In this document: piece by piece, positions 27,001 through 39,081 of the stretch
Position numbering within the stretch: the stretch's first letter is position 1
How the letters are laid out: the number at the start of each line of letters is the position of its first letter
NCBI GenBank assembly: GCA_028534125.1
Contig: CM052817.1
Span: forward strand, 44,828,001 to 44,892,000
Direction of reading: 5' to 3'
From: Lama glama
Lineage: Eukaryota
Length of the DNA stretch: 64,000 bases
Translations under genes and position numbers: made by a program
Notes under the pieces: generated by a model
Seen by the model: only the letters and a program-made list of their open reading frames with translations
What the model was told of the DNA's origin: nothing
Database searches by the model: none

Positions 27001-29870
27001 CCTCTGAATAAACAGAATCTTCAGCCAAGAGTGGGAGATCCAGTACCAGGAGAGACTCACTTAAATTTGTCTGCACTCACTGAGGAGGCAGACTGACACA
27101 AGGCGCCCTGCTCATTCCAAGGCTCTGGATCCTTGTAGAATTCAGGCAAAGGAGAAACATCTGCTCTGGGTCCTTTTGTGGTTGCCAGAACTGCTGACTT
27201 AAAAAAAAAAAAGACACAACATAAAGAGCTGTGAGTTGAGTTTATTCAGTGTCTTACTGAGGACTATAGCCAGGAGACAGCGTCTCAGATAGCTCTGAGA
27301 CACTGTCCCAAAGAGTTAAGAGAGGAGCCAGGATATATATGAACTTTTTTTGCTTGGGAAAAAAAAAAAAACACCTAGTTGAATACTGTAAGACTACTAC
27401 TAATCACAAAGGACAGACATTTCAAGTTGATGATATTAGTGCTTTTCTATGTATGGGAAGATGCAAGAATCTGAGGCCACTGAAATATTTCCTTAGATTT
27501 GAGCCTTAACTATCTAGGGGCTGGTATCCTGAGCACAGAATGCTACCCGTTTTTCTCCATGAGTTTCCCCTCAAGCGCACTGTCAGGGGCTTATGGCGTG
27601 ATCCTTGTAGAACTGGAATTGCAGGCAATATTTTTTTTCTTTACATAAGCCACATATGCAATTTAGAGTTTTCTAGGAGTCACATTAAAAGAGAGCAAAA
27701 AGAAACAGGAGAAATTAGTTTTAATATTTTATTTACCCCAATACAATTTAAAATAGTATAATTTCAACATGTAATCAATATTCAGAATTATTAATGAGAC
27801 ACTCTACAGTCTTTTCCTTAGGAAGTCTTTGAAATCCATGTGTATTTCACATTTATAGCACGCTGAATTTCAGACTAACCATTTTTCAAGTGTGTAATAG
27901 CCACATGTGCCTAGTGGCTACTATATTGGACAGCACAGTTCTAACCGAACTCCAAGTATTTGCATGGCCCCAAACAGCCTACCCTGTCAGTATGCGTGCT
28001 GTTCCTCAGTCAAGAATGAACTCTTCAGGTCCTAATCTACTGCCACTTCAGTTCTGCCACTTTATTATGATTCTTTGTTTTGCTACCTGTAAAATTAGGA
28101 TAATAGAGTGCCAGAGGAAGAAACTGAGAGGAGACCCAGCAGTTGGTGGCCTGGAGAGACATTTGGGAGAAGCAACCTGCCCTTCTTTGGAATTATTTCC
28201 AGTGGAATGTGCAGCCCTAGAAATTTCCGTAGTAAATTTTACAAGACTCACTGTGTTATAGGAGTGCAGTTTTGTTTTTGGAAACTTGAAGGAAAGAGTT
28301 GAGGATAACTGAAGTATGAGTTCATAAGGGGACATATAATCATGATTAACAGAAAATCAGTTTCTTGCTTTCTTCGAACAACTGTAGAAAAATAATAAAG
28401 AATATTTGATTGGAAAAAAAACAAAAAGAATGAACTTCTCACCACCTCTCTTGGGTCTTCCTGAGATTTTCCCTGACTTTGAACATACTCTCTCCAATAT
28501 GGGACAAAGTGAAATGAAAGAACCAAATCCTTTCATCTCTGAATATCCAGTGTCCAGTGAATATTTATAGAATAAGTGAATGAGACATCCTTAGCCATGG
28601 TTTACCTGCACAGGACACAAGAGGAGAAGCTGTTTAAATCCACAGGACACAAGTAGCTCACCTGGGACCCCAGGACTCAATCAGGGAAACCCAGGAGCCA
28701 AGGAGAGGGTCAAGAAAGGGGAATAGGGTCCTGAGAATGAATGACTTTGTTTAGGTAGGGACACTCACATGTGCAGTGCAAACTGTAGAGTGTTCCTAAC
28801 AGGGTTGAGTGGATTGCGAGCTGGGATTTGTAGAAAAACATGGCTGTTTAGGGAGACCTCCAGCCCCTCTAGTGCGCCTTTCGTAGTTGTTTGATCTCTG
28901 TCACTTGTGACTTGATTATGCTGTTGTTTAGCTACACAGGAAAGACAGAACACTCCAGTAGCTCTGCCCCAGCATTTGATAGTCCTGAGTTCCCTCCCAA
29001 CTGAGTCTACTGATGCTGTTGATTGTGTGCAGAGAAGGGGAGGACATGCGGCCCCTCACTGGTCCATGTGGATGGGTCTGAGACTGGGAGCATCTGAGCT
29101 GGGGGAGGCCACACTGGGCTGTACAGGATCTGATTGATTTGACACACAAAACTGTCACATATTAGTAAGTTCAGAATGTTAACGTTTTTGGGAAAAGGTG
29201 ATGGCAGTTCCACATGTAGGTAAAAACCAGTCCGTCTGGTTTAAGGAATGCAGCGCGTCAGTTACATTCCTATAAAGCTGTGGATTGAGCAGTCCTGGAA
29301 CAGGTCTGTTGACACAAAGCTAATTTGCCTCATGAACCTGTTGCCTAGTAACGTATTTGCCTAAAATTGTGTATCCAGTGGCTTCTGCAGCTTTTTTGAG
29401 ATTTTTCATTTCATCAGGTTTCTTTTTCTGTTTTGCCTACTATTTAACATGTGAAGGATTTTTTAAAAATTAATTTGTCCAAGGGCTCTGTCAACTGACT
29501 TTCATGTTACTAAGACACATTTGTTAAATTTACAACATCCCATTAAATATCTCCTCTTTGAGTTTCTTAGCTTTGTTGTTTGGACTGTTAATATAGGGTC
29601 ATTTTACTGCTTTGATGGTAAGGAAAAAGATGTGAGGGATAAATACCTCATAAGTGTTTTCTTTATTATTCACTGACCATTAAGTAATACCGGATTATAA
29701 AATAATCAGGATTTACAGTATCATATATAGCATTACCTTTAAAAGTGTAAACTTTATTTTATATTATAAAATAATGTATGTAAGCAGCAAAGGTCAAGTT
29801 GAGAGTGCAGTAAACTAAGAAGTACTGCTACTTTCCATGGTTTCACTGTCTCAAAGGCAACCAGCGCTAC

Positions 29871-29996
29871 TTTTTTTTAACATTTTTGATTGATTTGTAG
29901 TCATTTTACAACGTTGTGTCAAATCCCAGTGTAGAGCACAATTTCTCAGTTAGACACGAACATACGTATGTTCACTGTCACATTTTTTTCTCTGTG
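29871..29996 (-). mobile_element. Short L1 3' end
   Basis: T-run then tagtcattttacaacgttgtgtcaaat...; flanked by GCGCTA at 29864-29869 and 29997-30002. Confidence 0.85.
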
Positions 29997-31549
29997 GCGC
30001 TAATATTTTAGCGGGTATCTTCGCAGCCACCTTTCCGTGGGTGAGTTTTACTTTTACATGGTTATCCTGGATATACTGGTGCATGTACATACATGTGTAT
30101 TCTAGTCACTTAGTGTTACATCATAGGTATTTTCCCGTGTATGTCTGGTCTTTCTGCAAATACATGTTTGTGATGATAATATTCAATAGATGGAGGGACT
30201 ACGTTACTACACTTTACTTAACCACCCCCTTCCTGGACGTGCCGGTCAGGTCTTGTTCCTTCCTTTGATCACCATGTGGACTGAGTATTCTCCTCATGTT
30301 TGCCGACAGATTGTGTTTCCACATTCTTAGTTTTTATCCTTTGCCAGCTTGCCCATCTGGGTTCTGGTGTGTTCATGCCACTTGGTAAACTTTTTTATAT
30401 ATTAATGAGGTTAACCCTTTGCCACAGTTGTGGCACCTGTTTCTCTATTGTTTGTCTTTTTAATTTTAAAATTTATATATAATCAAATCCTTTCTTTTAT
30501 GAATTGTTCTATCACTTCTGAGCTTAAAAAGTCCCACTTCCTTCGAAGGTTTGATATCCAGGTGTATTTTCTTGTAGTTCAATTTTTTTTTCGTTTAATT
30601 TTTTATAGATCTGATTGTCTCCTTGCAATTTAGCCAAGGTAGGAACTTTGTTTAAACTTTAAAATTCTGTCCCATTATCCCTTTGGGCCTTTACTCAACT
30701 CTGAGCCAAGTGGTATCATTTTTTTTTTTAAACCAAAAAGAAGATAGAAAAATTTTAAATGCAGTAGTTATTTTTACCATTATTATAAGAGAATGCTTAT
30801 CTTTTTCACTGAACCTGAATCAGTCTTCTCTGACATGACCTTTTTTCTCAAAATAAAAACAGCTTTAGATAATATTAGTTTTTTAAAAAAATCAAAAGTA
30901 GAAAAAGATCACCTTCTTGCCCTGTGCAAGAAAGTGGTGACCCGGTGGGTTTTAAATGCACATGGTGATCCTGGGTGACTCGCCTGTGAGGGCCAGTGGG
31001 ATCAGGGTCCTGCTTTGAGGACAGGGGACCATTTCCAGCTTCAGGAGTGAAGTTGTTTCTTGCACACCCCCAACAAACGTGGGCCATGCTTCCCCTGTGG
31101 TTTTTCTCAGAGTCCTCCTTTGGGCTCTCAGTTTTCCATCTTTTACCTAGTTGACAAGGCAGTGGTGATGGAAAGTTAAAGGCGGGTGTGCTCAGACCCC
31201 GCCTTTGGCCCTCTTCCCTCGCTCTGTCCTCTCTTCCTGGTCCTCTTGTCTCATGCACCCTGTGACTTCACTTCTCTATTGGCTTGTCTGTTCAGCACAG
31301 TCTTGCCCTGAGCTTCAGGCTGCTCTTTCTAAACCGCCTCTGCCATGAGCCATCTTCTGTCCAAACACAGTTTTCTCACCCTCCACTTAGGAAACACATC
31401 CTGTGCTGTCATGTGGCGCTGCCTGCCTGGCTCTCTCTCTGCCTGCCTGGAAGCCCCTCCACTCTCCCACCCCTGGGAAGCTTACTCCTTCCAGAACCAA
31501 GTGTGCTCCTGCCCAGTGATGCCCACTCTAGCTGCCTTCCTTCCCACTA

Positions 31550-32069
31550 TGTGAATGAAAAATACTGCATGCTATTTCAGTAAACAAAGGATGTTGTGGC
31601 TATCAAGTCATCAGCCGCTACCACTGCCCCCACCGCCACCCCACCCCCAACAGTGAGCTGGAGGGAACTCAGGATGGAGACAAGCAGGCAGCCTGTCCTC
31701 TGCTACCACCCCCAGCAGTGCCCCGAGGAAACTCAGGGAAAGAACAGGATACTGGCCCTAGATTGCTAGGTGCATATGAAAGGAATGATTTCAGTGAGCC
31801 CAGAGCCTTGTACTGTCCCATACATAGAAAAATGCTAAATTCCTTAACTTGAGATACCTGATTTTCTTTAATTAACAGTAATCTTTTGATGTTCTGACTA
31901 CCTGATCTTTGTTGTCAAAACTCCTGTGTATTCTGGCTCCTCCCTCACCTCTTCAGAGCATTCCTTTAGAGCTATCTGAGAGGCGGTCTCCTGGGCTTAA
32001 GTCCTCAGAAATATCCACAGAATAAAACATATTCTCAACTTTTAGATTGTATATTTTTTTCAGATGACA
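31550..32069 (+). mobile_element. Solo LTR related to the LTRs of the 22024-27645 provirus, opposite orientation
   Basis: TG...CA ends; ctggctcctccct, agagctatctgaga and cccatacatagaaaa are reverse complements of motifs in the proviral LTRs; AATAAA near its 3' end. Confidence 0.85.
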
Positions 32070-32221
32070 CTTAGCACTGTGGAGCCAGATTCAGAGCTCT
32101 TTCTGTGTGTGAGGTTGCCATTTAAATGGCAGCTTGCTGTGCTCTGCCATGTATTCTTTGAGGACAGGGACCAGGTCTTAGCACCTCGCCATCTGGAGAA
32201 CTTAGCACAAGCCCCCTTCCG

Positions 32222-32440
32222 CGTGATATTAGCAGCTAATGTTTCCTAAAGCACTTAGTATGTGCCAGGTAGTTTTCTAACTGGATGACAAGCTTATGTG
32301 GGTTTAATTCTTACAGCAACCCTACAAGGAAGGGAACACTATTATCTCTGTTTTACAGATGAGGAAACTGGGGCACAGAAGCTACTAATGATGAAGCCAG
32401 GACTGAATGCAAAGCCTGGCTGTCAGATCTCAGCCCACAC
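32222..32440 (-). mobile_element. MIR SINE relic
   Basis: ttttacagatgaggaaactggggcacaga core. Confidence 0.8.
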
Positions 32441-35400
32441 TCTATGCACTGTGCTCCATCAGTTCTTACAGGAATCCTCAACAGAGAGCACTGGGTGAAA
32501 AGAGAACAGAGATGACTTGGAAGATAGGATTATATGGTGGTATTGAATGTATCAAATTTATCCAGCACCTCTGAGGAATTCGATATTGCAGAGATGTTAG
32601 TTTTCCAGCTGATTAAAATGATTTCTTTTGGTTTCCTTATCTCGGGTGTATTGTTTGCCTTCTGTGATGGTGAGATTTTTTTTTTCTAAATGTTCAGAAG
32701 TTTAAAAATTCTTTTTTGTTTTAAAAAGTAAGAACTTCTTTAAAAAAAAAAAAGGTCTAAAATGAAATATCTCTAAAATCAATATGTATTTCCCTGCCAG
32801 GTTAAATAGTTCGTGGGGTATAACTCAACCTTTTCTTAGTGACTAGGGCCATCATTGTGATTAACGAATAGTAAACAGTAGCCTGAGCCTCTGATGACCT
32901 GGGCCCTTTGACATCAGGAGGACTTATTAGCATCTACTAAGTACCAGGGACAATACCAGGCACCTTCAAGTATGGTTCCTTAATTAATTGTCAAGGCCTA
33001 TGATTTTGCTTTGCCTTTTTGTTTTTTCATTCGGTTTCTATTTCTCGAAGCTTCCTTCATCTTCTCCAATACCAAAGAGCAGTAATCCATCACTTCTTGC
33101 TCTCAGTCTGCTGTTCACCAGGAAAGCATCCCGCTTCTAGTTGACTACTGTTGATTAGCGGTCAGGGAGATATGGGTAACTAGACTTGTTGGTTTTATTA
33201 CTAAAATGTCTTCTCCTTTTGCTGTGGCCTCCCTAGGGTCATTGCCAGAGAGACAGGAGTGCTTCGAAGGGGAAGCATTTGGGGCTTCCTCTGACATTTT
33301 GCTTTGAGACAGAGGTCCCTCGCCATCCTTCCTTTTGGTTTTCCTGGCCTCTGCAGAGCTGGAGCCACTCCTAACAGTCCGGTGACACTGATCTCCTTCA
33401 ATTAGATTGCTCAGCAAATGCTGTGTGTCGGTCATGCCTGAGGGCGGCTGGTGGCTTGGGGGAAGTCACGTGGTTAAGCTGCAAGTGACCTGCCGTGGAC
33501 CCTTCGTGTCTGTCAAGGGAATTAAATATTTTTGTGGTTTGGGAACAGTTGGCTTTGACCTGTTGAAGTTTATTTTGAAACCAAGGCAACATACAAGGCT
33601 GAAATCAACTGGAGCTTCCATGCTCAATTTCCCTTTAAAGCATCAGGTTCTTACAGGCTAAGCAATAAAGAAAATATTTAAAAAGTCATCTTCAGAGTCA
33701 GTAAACATGCATAGACATAAATGGCTCTAGATTTGGAATTATACAGGTTTCTAGGTGTACGACCTAAGGCTCACTTAAAAAAAAGAAAAAGCATTGGTAA
33801 GGTCATTGATTTTTGTCATGAGCTAGAACTCTTGGCTGCATTGATCCCTGGTTTCTGGACCTATGTTGAACCCTCGCTCTTGGCTGCCTGGCCTGACTTT
33901 CTCTGAGTGCAAACTGGTGTTCATGCTGGGGGCGCTTCTTCTAGTTCCTTGGTGCTCAGCTGGGCCAAGGTCCTCGGTCCTGATTATACACAGCTCAACC
34001 TGGAAAAGTCTGTCCTCCTGGTCACTGCTGGGAGGCTCTGGAACTAGAGTCGGGGGCGGGGCACCCCTCTCTGCAGGCACCAGGCTTGGCTGAGGCAGGG
34101 ATTTGCCTTAAAAATTTCTTCCTCTCCTTCAGCTTCTAACAAAGCCCTTTACATTCCCGTAGGTGTAGACTCAAGAAAAACCTAGGACGTGAAGTCAGGT
34201 GACCAAGATTCTAAACCTGGTTGTGAGCCTTCCTAGTTAGTCCTGGGCTGTTTCCTTTAGCTGGATCTCTGTTTTCTCATGGGTTGTGATTTCTCTATGA
34301 GGGATTTTTGGTTGCAGGCAAGAGAAACTACCTCTGGCTGATTTAAGTAAAAAGAGTGTGTATTAGAAGGCTCTAAAGTGGGTTACAGATTCCAAAGTGT
34401 GCTTGGAAGAAAGGGGCCGGGGCTGGGGCAGCTTTATGGATGCAAGTCACAGGAGCCCATGGCTCCTCGTCTGTGTGTCCTGGAAGGAAGCTTCTGTCTA
34501 CTATGTTTTCCATCTTGAGGTTCTGTGCTCAGAATTCAGGGTCTGAGGGAAAGGAACTGCATCCCACACCACTGCCCGGTGCAGGAGAAGAAAGGAAATG
34601 AGGCTTCTGACCAGCAGAAAGGGGAGAGTGTCCAACAACCAAATGGCCACCGCAAACGTCCCAAACTGCAAACCGCACAAGGGTTTTGACACGATACACT
34701 TTGTCAGATTTTGTCCATGTTCCTCGTGAACTGGAAGGGCATGGATTTTTTTCTCTCTTATAATTAGATTAAGCATTTGTTAGAGGCATTCATTGGTTTC
34801 ATCCTACTAACATCTATTGAATGCCTATTAGGAAATTCTTCTTTCTTGTTTTGAAATTAGGAAAGACCATCTGATACAGAGGAGAGAGTTCTAGGCAAGA
34901 GTTAGGAGACTTGGGCTTAAGTTCTGACTCTTCCACTGCCCTGTGTCCCCATCTGTAAGACTGGGGTGAAAATACTTGCTCTGTCTGTGCCACAGGCTTG
35001 TTATGAGAATTAAATGAAATCAAAGGACCTAGTGTGGTTAAACTCTTTGGAGAGCTGTAAAGTGTCAGATATTTATATTCCTGTGCATAAGCTTGGTGCT
35101 TAGCACTAGAGAAGAACCACCTGCTTTTATACATCTATAGGTATGCATTTGTTTGTTTGCTAGTGTGTTTTCATTTTAAAATCTAGAAAGGATTTAAGAG
35201 GCATGCACGTTTCTTAAGCTTGCTTGCAATCTCCCTGAGGCTTCAAGATAATTCCCTCATAGTCTAAAGGATGTCACTAAGCAGTTTATAACTGAGTGCC
35301 AGAGACGTGGTACAGACAGCAGGCTCCACAGGTGTTCGGGGGTGAGAAATGCCACTTGTGGCTGTGGTTGGGAATGGCCTTCAGAGGAGGTGGTGGGTAG

Positions 35401-35450
35401 TCCCATCACCTGATGCCTTCGTACCTGTGTCAGAATTGTAAACTCTAGAT

Positions 35451-36257
35451 TAGTGTTGTCTAATGGAAACATAATGTGAATCACATGTCATTTCAGATTT
35501 TTCTAGTAGCCACATTCAAAAAAGTTTTTTTTAAAAAGGTGCAATTAGTTTTATTAATATATTTTTATTTTACTCATTCTATCTAAAAATGATAGCATAT
35601 TTAAATAGATAAAAAAGATATATGTGGGGTGTGTGTGTGTGTGTGTGTGTGTGTATAAACAGTGGAATACTAAGCCATAAAAAAGAAGGACATTTTGCAT
35701 TTGCAACAACATAGATGGATTTGGAGGGCATTGTTCTAAGTGAAATAAGTCAGACAGAGAAAGGCAAATACTATATGATATCTCTTATATGTGGAATTTA
35801 AAAAATACAACAAACTAGTGAATATAACAAGAAAGTAGCAGGCTCATAGATATACAGAACAAACTAGTGGTTCCCAGTGGGGAAAGGCAATACAGGGGAG
35901 TAAGAGGTATGAACTATTAAGTATAAAATAAGCTACAAGGATATATTGTACAACATGGGGAATATGGCCAGCATTTTATAATAACTATAAATGGAGTATG
36001 ACCTTTAAAAATTGTGAATCGCTGTGTTTTACCCCTGTAACTTATATATTGTACATCAACTATACTTCAATTAAAAATAAAATAAAATAGTATCATTTCA
36101 ACATGTAACTGATATAAAAAGATAAGAAGATATTTACTTTTTTTTGATCCTGTTTTTGAAATCTGGTGTGTATTTTACCCTCACAACACATCTCAATTCT
36201 GACTAGCCGCAGTTCGAGGTTTCAGTACACACAGGGCTGCCAGGTGAGACAGCACAG
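35451..36257 (+). mobile_element. Second MER33, interrupted by a + strand L1 3' end (~35600-36088, containing a (TG)n tract)
   Basis: MER33 halves are colinear; hAT-type 8-bp TSD ctctagat (35443-35450) / ccctagat (36258-36265). Confidence 0.85.
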
Positions 36258-36344
36258 CCCTAGATGGAACAGGAAGGACAGGTAACGGGAGAGGGAGAGA
36301 AGGAATAGACATGGGAATTTAGTGACCATCTGCTATGGACCAGG

Positions 36345-36565
36345 CAGGGTCAGGGCTGGTGTGAGGTGTTCAATGAACAAAAAAACCAAAATGTTTTTGT
36401 ATAAAATTTTGATATTTTGTTCATCATGAATTTTTTGCATTAATTTTGATTTCTTAAAAATTGCATTAAAATATTACTTATTTTAATTACTCAGTGTTTA
36501 GGCATCTCTTACATTTTGCACCCAAGGCAGATGCCTCACTTCCCTCACCCTAGTCCCAGCCCTAG
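36345..36565. mobile_element. hAT DNA transposon relic (MER96B-like)
   Basis: Terminal inverted repeats cagggctggtgtgagg ... cctcaccctagtcccagccct around an AT-rich core. Confidence 0.65.
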
Positions 36566-36649
36566 CTCCAGGCACTTCCTGCCAGTTTTGCTAATACCCC
36601 ATTAGGGGCACTGAACCAGGTTGAACTGGATATCAAAAACAGGAGTGAG

Positions 36650-37207
36650 TGTTCACAGCAGCACTATTTACAATAGCCAAGACATGGAAGCAACCTAAAT
36701 GTCCATCAACAGATGACTGGACAAAGAAGTTGTGGTATATATAATGCAATACTACTCAGCCATAAAAAAGAATGAAATAATGCCATTTGCAGCAACATGG
36801 ATGGACTTAGAGATGATCATATAAGTCAGACAGAGAAAGACAAATATCATATGGTATTACTTGTATGTGGAACCTGAAAAATATACAAATGGACTTACCT
36901 GCAAAACAGAAAGAGACTCACAGACATAGAAAACAAACTTATGATTACCAAAGGGGACAGAGGGTGGGGAGGGACAAATTAGGAGTTTGGGATTAGCAGA
37001 TACAAACTACTATAGGTCAAATAGATAAACAACAGGGTCCTACTGTATAGCACAGGGAACTATATTTCAGTATCCTATAATAAATCATAATGCAAAAGAA
37101 TATGAAAAAGAATATATGTATGTAAAACTGAATCACTTTGCTGTACGCCAGAAACTAACACAACATTGTAAACCAACTATCCTCCAATAAAAGATTAAAA
37201 GAAAAAA
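36650..37207 (+). mobile_element. L1 ORF2-end + 3' UTR fragment
   Basis: gttcacagcagcactatttacaatagccaagacatggaagcaacctaaatgtcc...aataaaa; flanked by similar aaaa..gagtga repeats. Confidence 0.93.
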
Positions 37208-37465
37208 GAGTGAACTCCTCTAATTTACTAGATCTTGGGCATTCATTTTGTTAAATGAATTTTCAACTGAATTCACATTTGAAAAAAAAAAAGACATTGG
37301 TAAACATACTGAATTCAAATTGAGTCTATGAACTGAAACATTTGAAAATATTTCAGAACCAAACCGTAGCCCAAGAGAGAATTCATTTGTTTTGATTCCC
37401 TGGTCAAGGTGACTCTTGACCATTGCATTTCCCAAATTATGGGGGAAGAATGCAAACAACAGTGT

Positions 37466-37704
37466 TTGTTTTTTTTGTTAATTGAAGTAGAGTCAGTTTA
37501 CAATGCTATGTCAATTTCTGGTGTACAGCATAATGTTTCAATCATACATACCTGTGTTTTTAAATGAGACATACATACTATATTCATTTTCATTATATGT
37601 TACTACAGATACTGTATGTTGTTCCCTGTGCTATACAATGTAAACTTCTTTATCTATTTTATATATAGCAGTCAGTAGCTGCAAATTTTGAACTTCCAAT
37701 TTTA
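37466..37704 (-). mobile_element. L1 3' end with TSD
   Basis: CAAACAACAGT (37453-37463) / CAAACGACAGT (37705-37715). Confidence 0.88.
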
Positions 37705-37911
37705 CAAACGACAGTTTTTTGACTCTGAGGGCTTATTTCCTTCCTGCATTATGGCTTAAATCTCCAGGATTTAAGCGGTCAGTATCTGCAGTCTCTCTGC
37801 ATAAGGGTTATATTGGGAGTGTTATACTGAAAATAACTTTGATGCTAAAAAAGGAAAAGTATTACTTAGTAAAGTGGTGCGTATTTTAAAAAAAAAATCC
37901 TTTTCTTTTAG

Positions 37912-38059
37912 GGAACTCAGGAACAAAGCAGATATTCAATTTGGAGATAATGGAACAACAATATCTGCTGTTAGCAACAAGGCCTATGTTTTTGAACGAG
38001 CCAAGTCTGTTGGAGACCCTAAAATTGACTTACTTAGAACATTAAATATTCCTGCATTG
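37912..38059 (+). CDS. SCARB2: SCARB2 exon 3 (148 nt): (R)ELRNKADIQFGDNGTTISAVSNKAYVFERAKSVGDPKIDLLRTLNIPAL
   Basis: ccttttcttttAG acceptor; TTG|GTAAGT donor; phase fits exon 2; inside ORF 37874..38089. Confidence 0.98.
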
Positions 38060-39081
38060 GTAAGTAGGCACGTTAAGTCTCATTATTAGAAGAAAGGAAA
38101 AAGGTAAGGCCATTATAGTTTTACTTTTAGACACTATTAAGTTATATAAAAATATATATATTAAAATTATATATGTATTATTTCCCCCTCCCTTCTTTAA
38201 AGTTCATCTTTAACTTTTTTTGAAGTCTTTCAATGTGGTCTTTTCAGATGATGACAAAACACAAATTTTAGAATTTTTTTCACAGTTTCTTCCTATGTGT
38301 TCAGGATTAGCACTTGAGCAAATAATTTTGTCTCTAGGATTTTGGAGGGTAGCTGATAATTTAAAAAATATTTGCCCCTTGTTTTGATTCAGAAACACTA
38401 GCAATGGAGTTTATCTCCCACTTCTTAATTTAGCTTTCTTTCTTGGGTTTTTTTAAATTCTCAAACTATATATTGAATTTCTTCCTCCTTTCCAAATAGC
38501 AGAGACTGGGCTGTTGATTACAGCCTAGCATGATTTCACTGAACTGTTTATAATGGCATTTCCAGCTAATAAAAATACATGAGACCCAGAAAACTTCTAC
38601 TCATCTGCACCAGTCCCCTCTGAGGCCACCACTCTAACTCCTAGGTGACCACTACATATGCAGCAGGACACTTACAGTGGACCCAAGACCTAGAAAATAT
38701 TAGATCCCAGATCTGATCCTGCCCAGCTGCCTAGTGGAGCAGTTTCTGAGGGCCCAGCCTCTGGCCCTGATCAGGGGGAAGATGCCGCCACCTTGTGGCT
38801 AAAGATGCCAAGGTATTTGCAATAGTTTTTCCCTTCAGCAGTGTCAGGAAAACGAGTTGCAAGTGGGGATGCTAAGGTCACGCTTACAAAATTTAATACT
38901 GAGAAAGAACAATATCTGAAGAGTCTTATTTTTCACACACAGCCAGAAACGAGCTCACTGGCTGATTTTTCAGCTATTTGCTCTCAGTATTTGCATTTAA
39001 GTTTGCATCCCCCCTTTGCTGAAGAGGCAGTGGGAGAGTGGGGTGGGGTCGCTGCTGTCTGAATTTGCCTGTGCTCCACAG

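Larger units (their letters stand above)
22024..27645 (-). mobile_element. ERV1-type (MER4-group-like) decayed provirus: 5' LTR 27192-27645, PBS 27170-27187, non-coding internal region, 3' LTR 22024-~23220 (interrupted by an L1)
   Basis: Two ~450-bp direct repeats (e.g. agtttattcagtgtcttactgag and aagatgcaagaatctg in both); TG...CA termini; PBS TGGCAACCACAAAAGGAC beside the 5' LTR. Confidence 0.85.
21995..27938 (+). mobile_element. MER33 (hAT-Charlie) split into 21995-22023 and 27646-27938 by a proviral insertion
   Basis: tccaatagaaatttaatatga | agccacatatgcaatttag...ttggacagcacag is colinear with MER33; 8-bp TSD ctctaacc (21987-21994) / ttctaacc (27939-27946). Confidence 0.85.

Noticed and set aside
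23221..27169. gag/pol/env coding in the provirus interior
   Set aside because: Only ~60-aa ORFs with no retroviral motif that I can recognise; no clear polypurine tract next to the 3' LTR.
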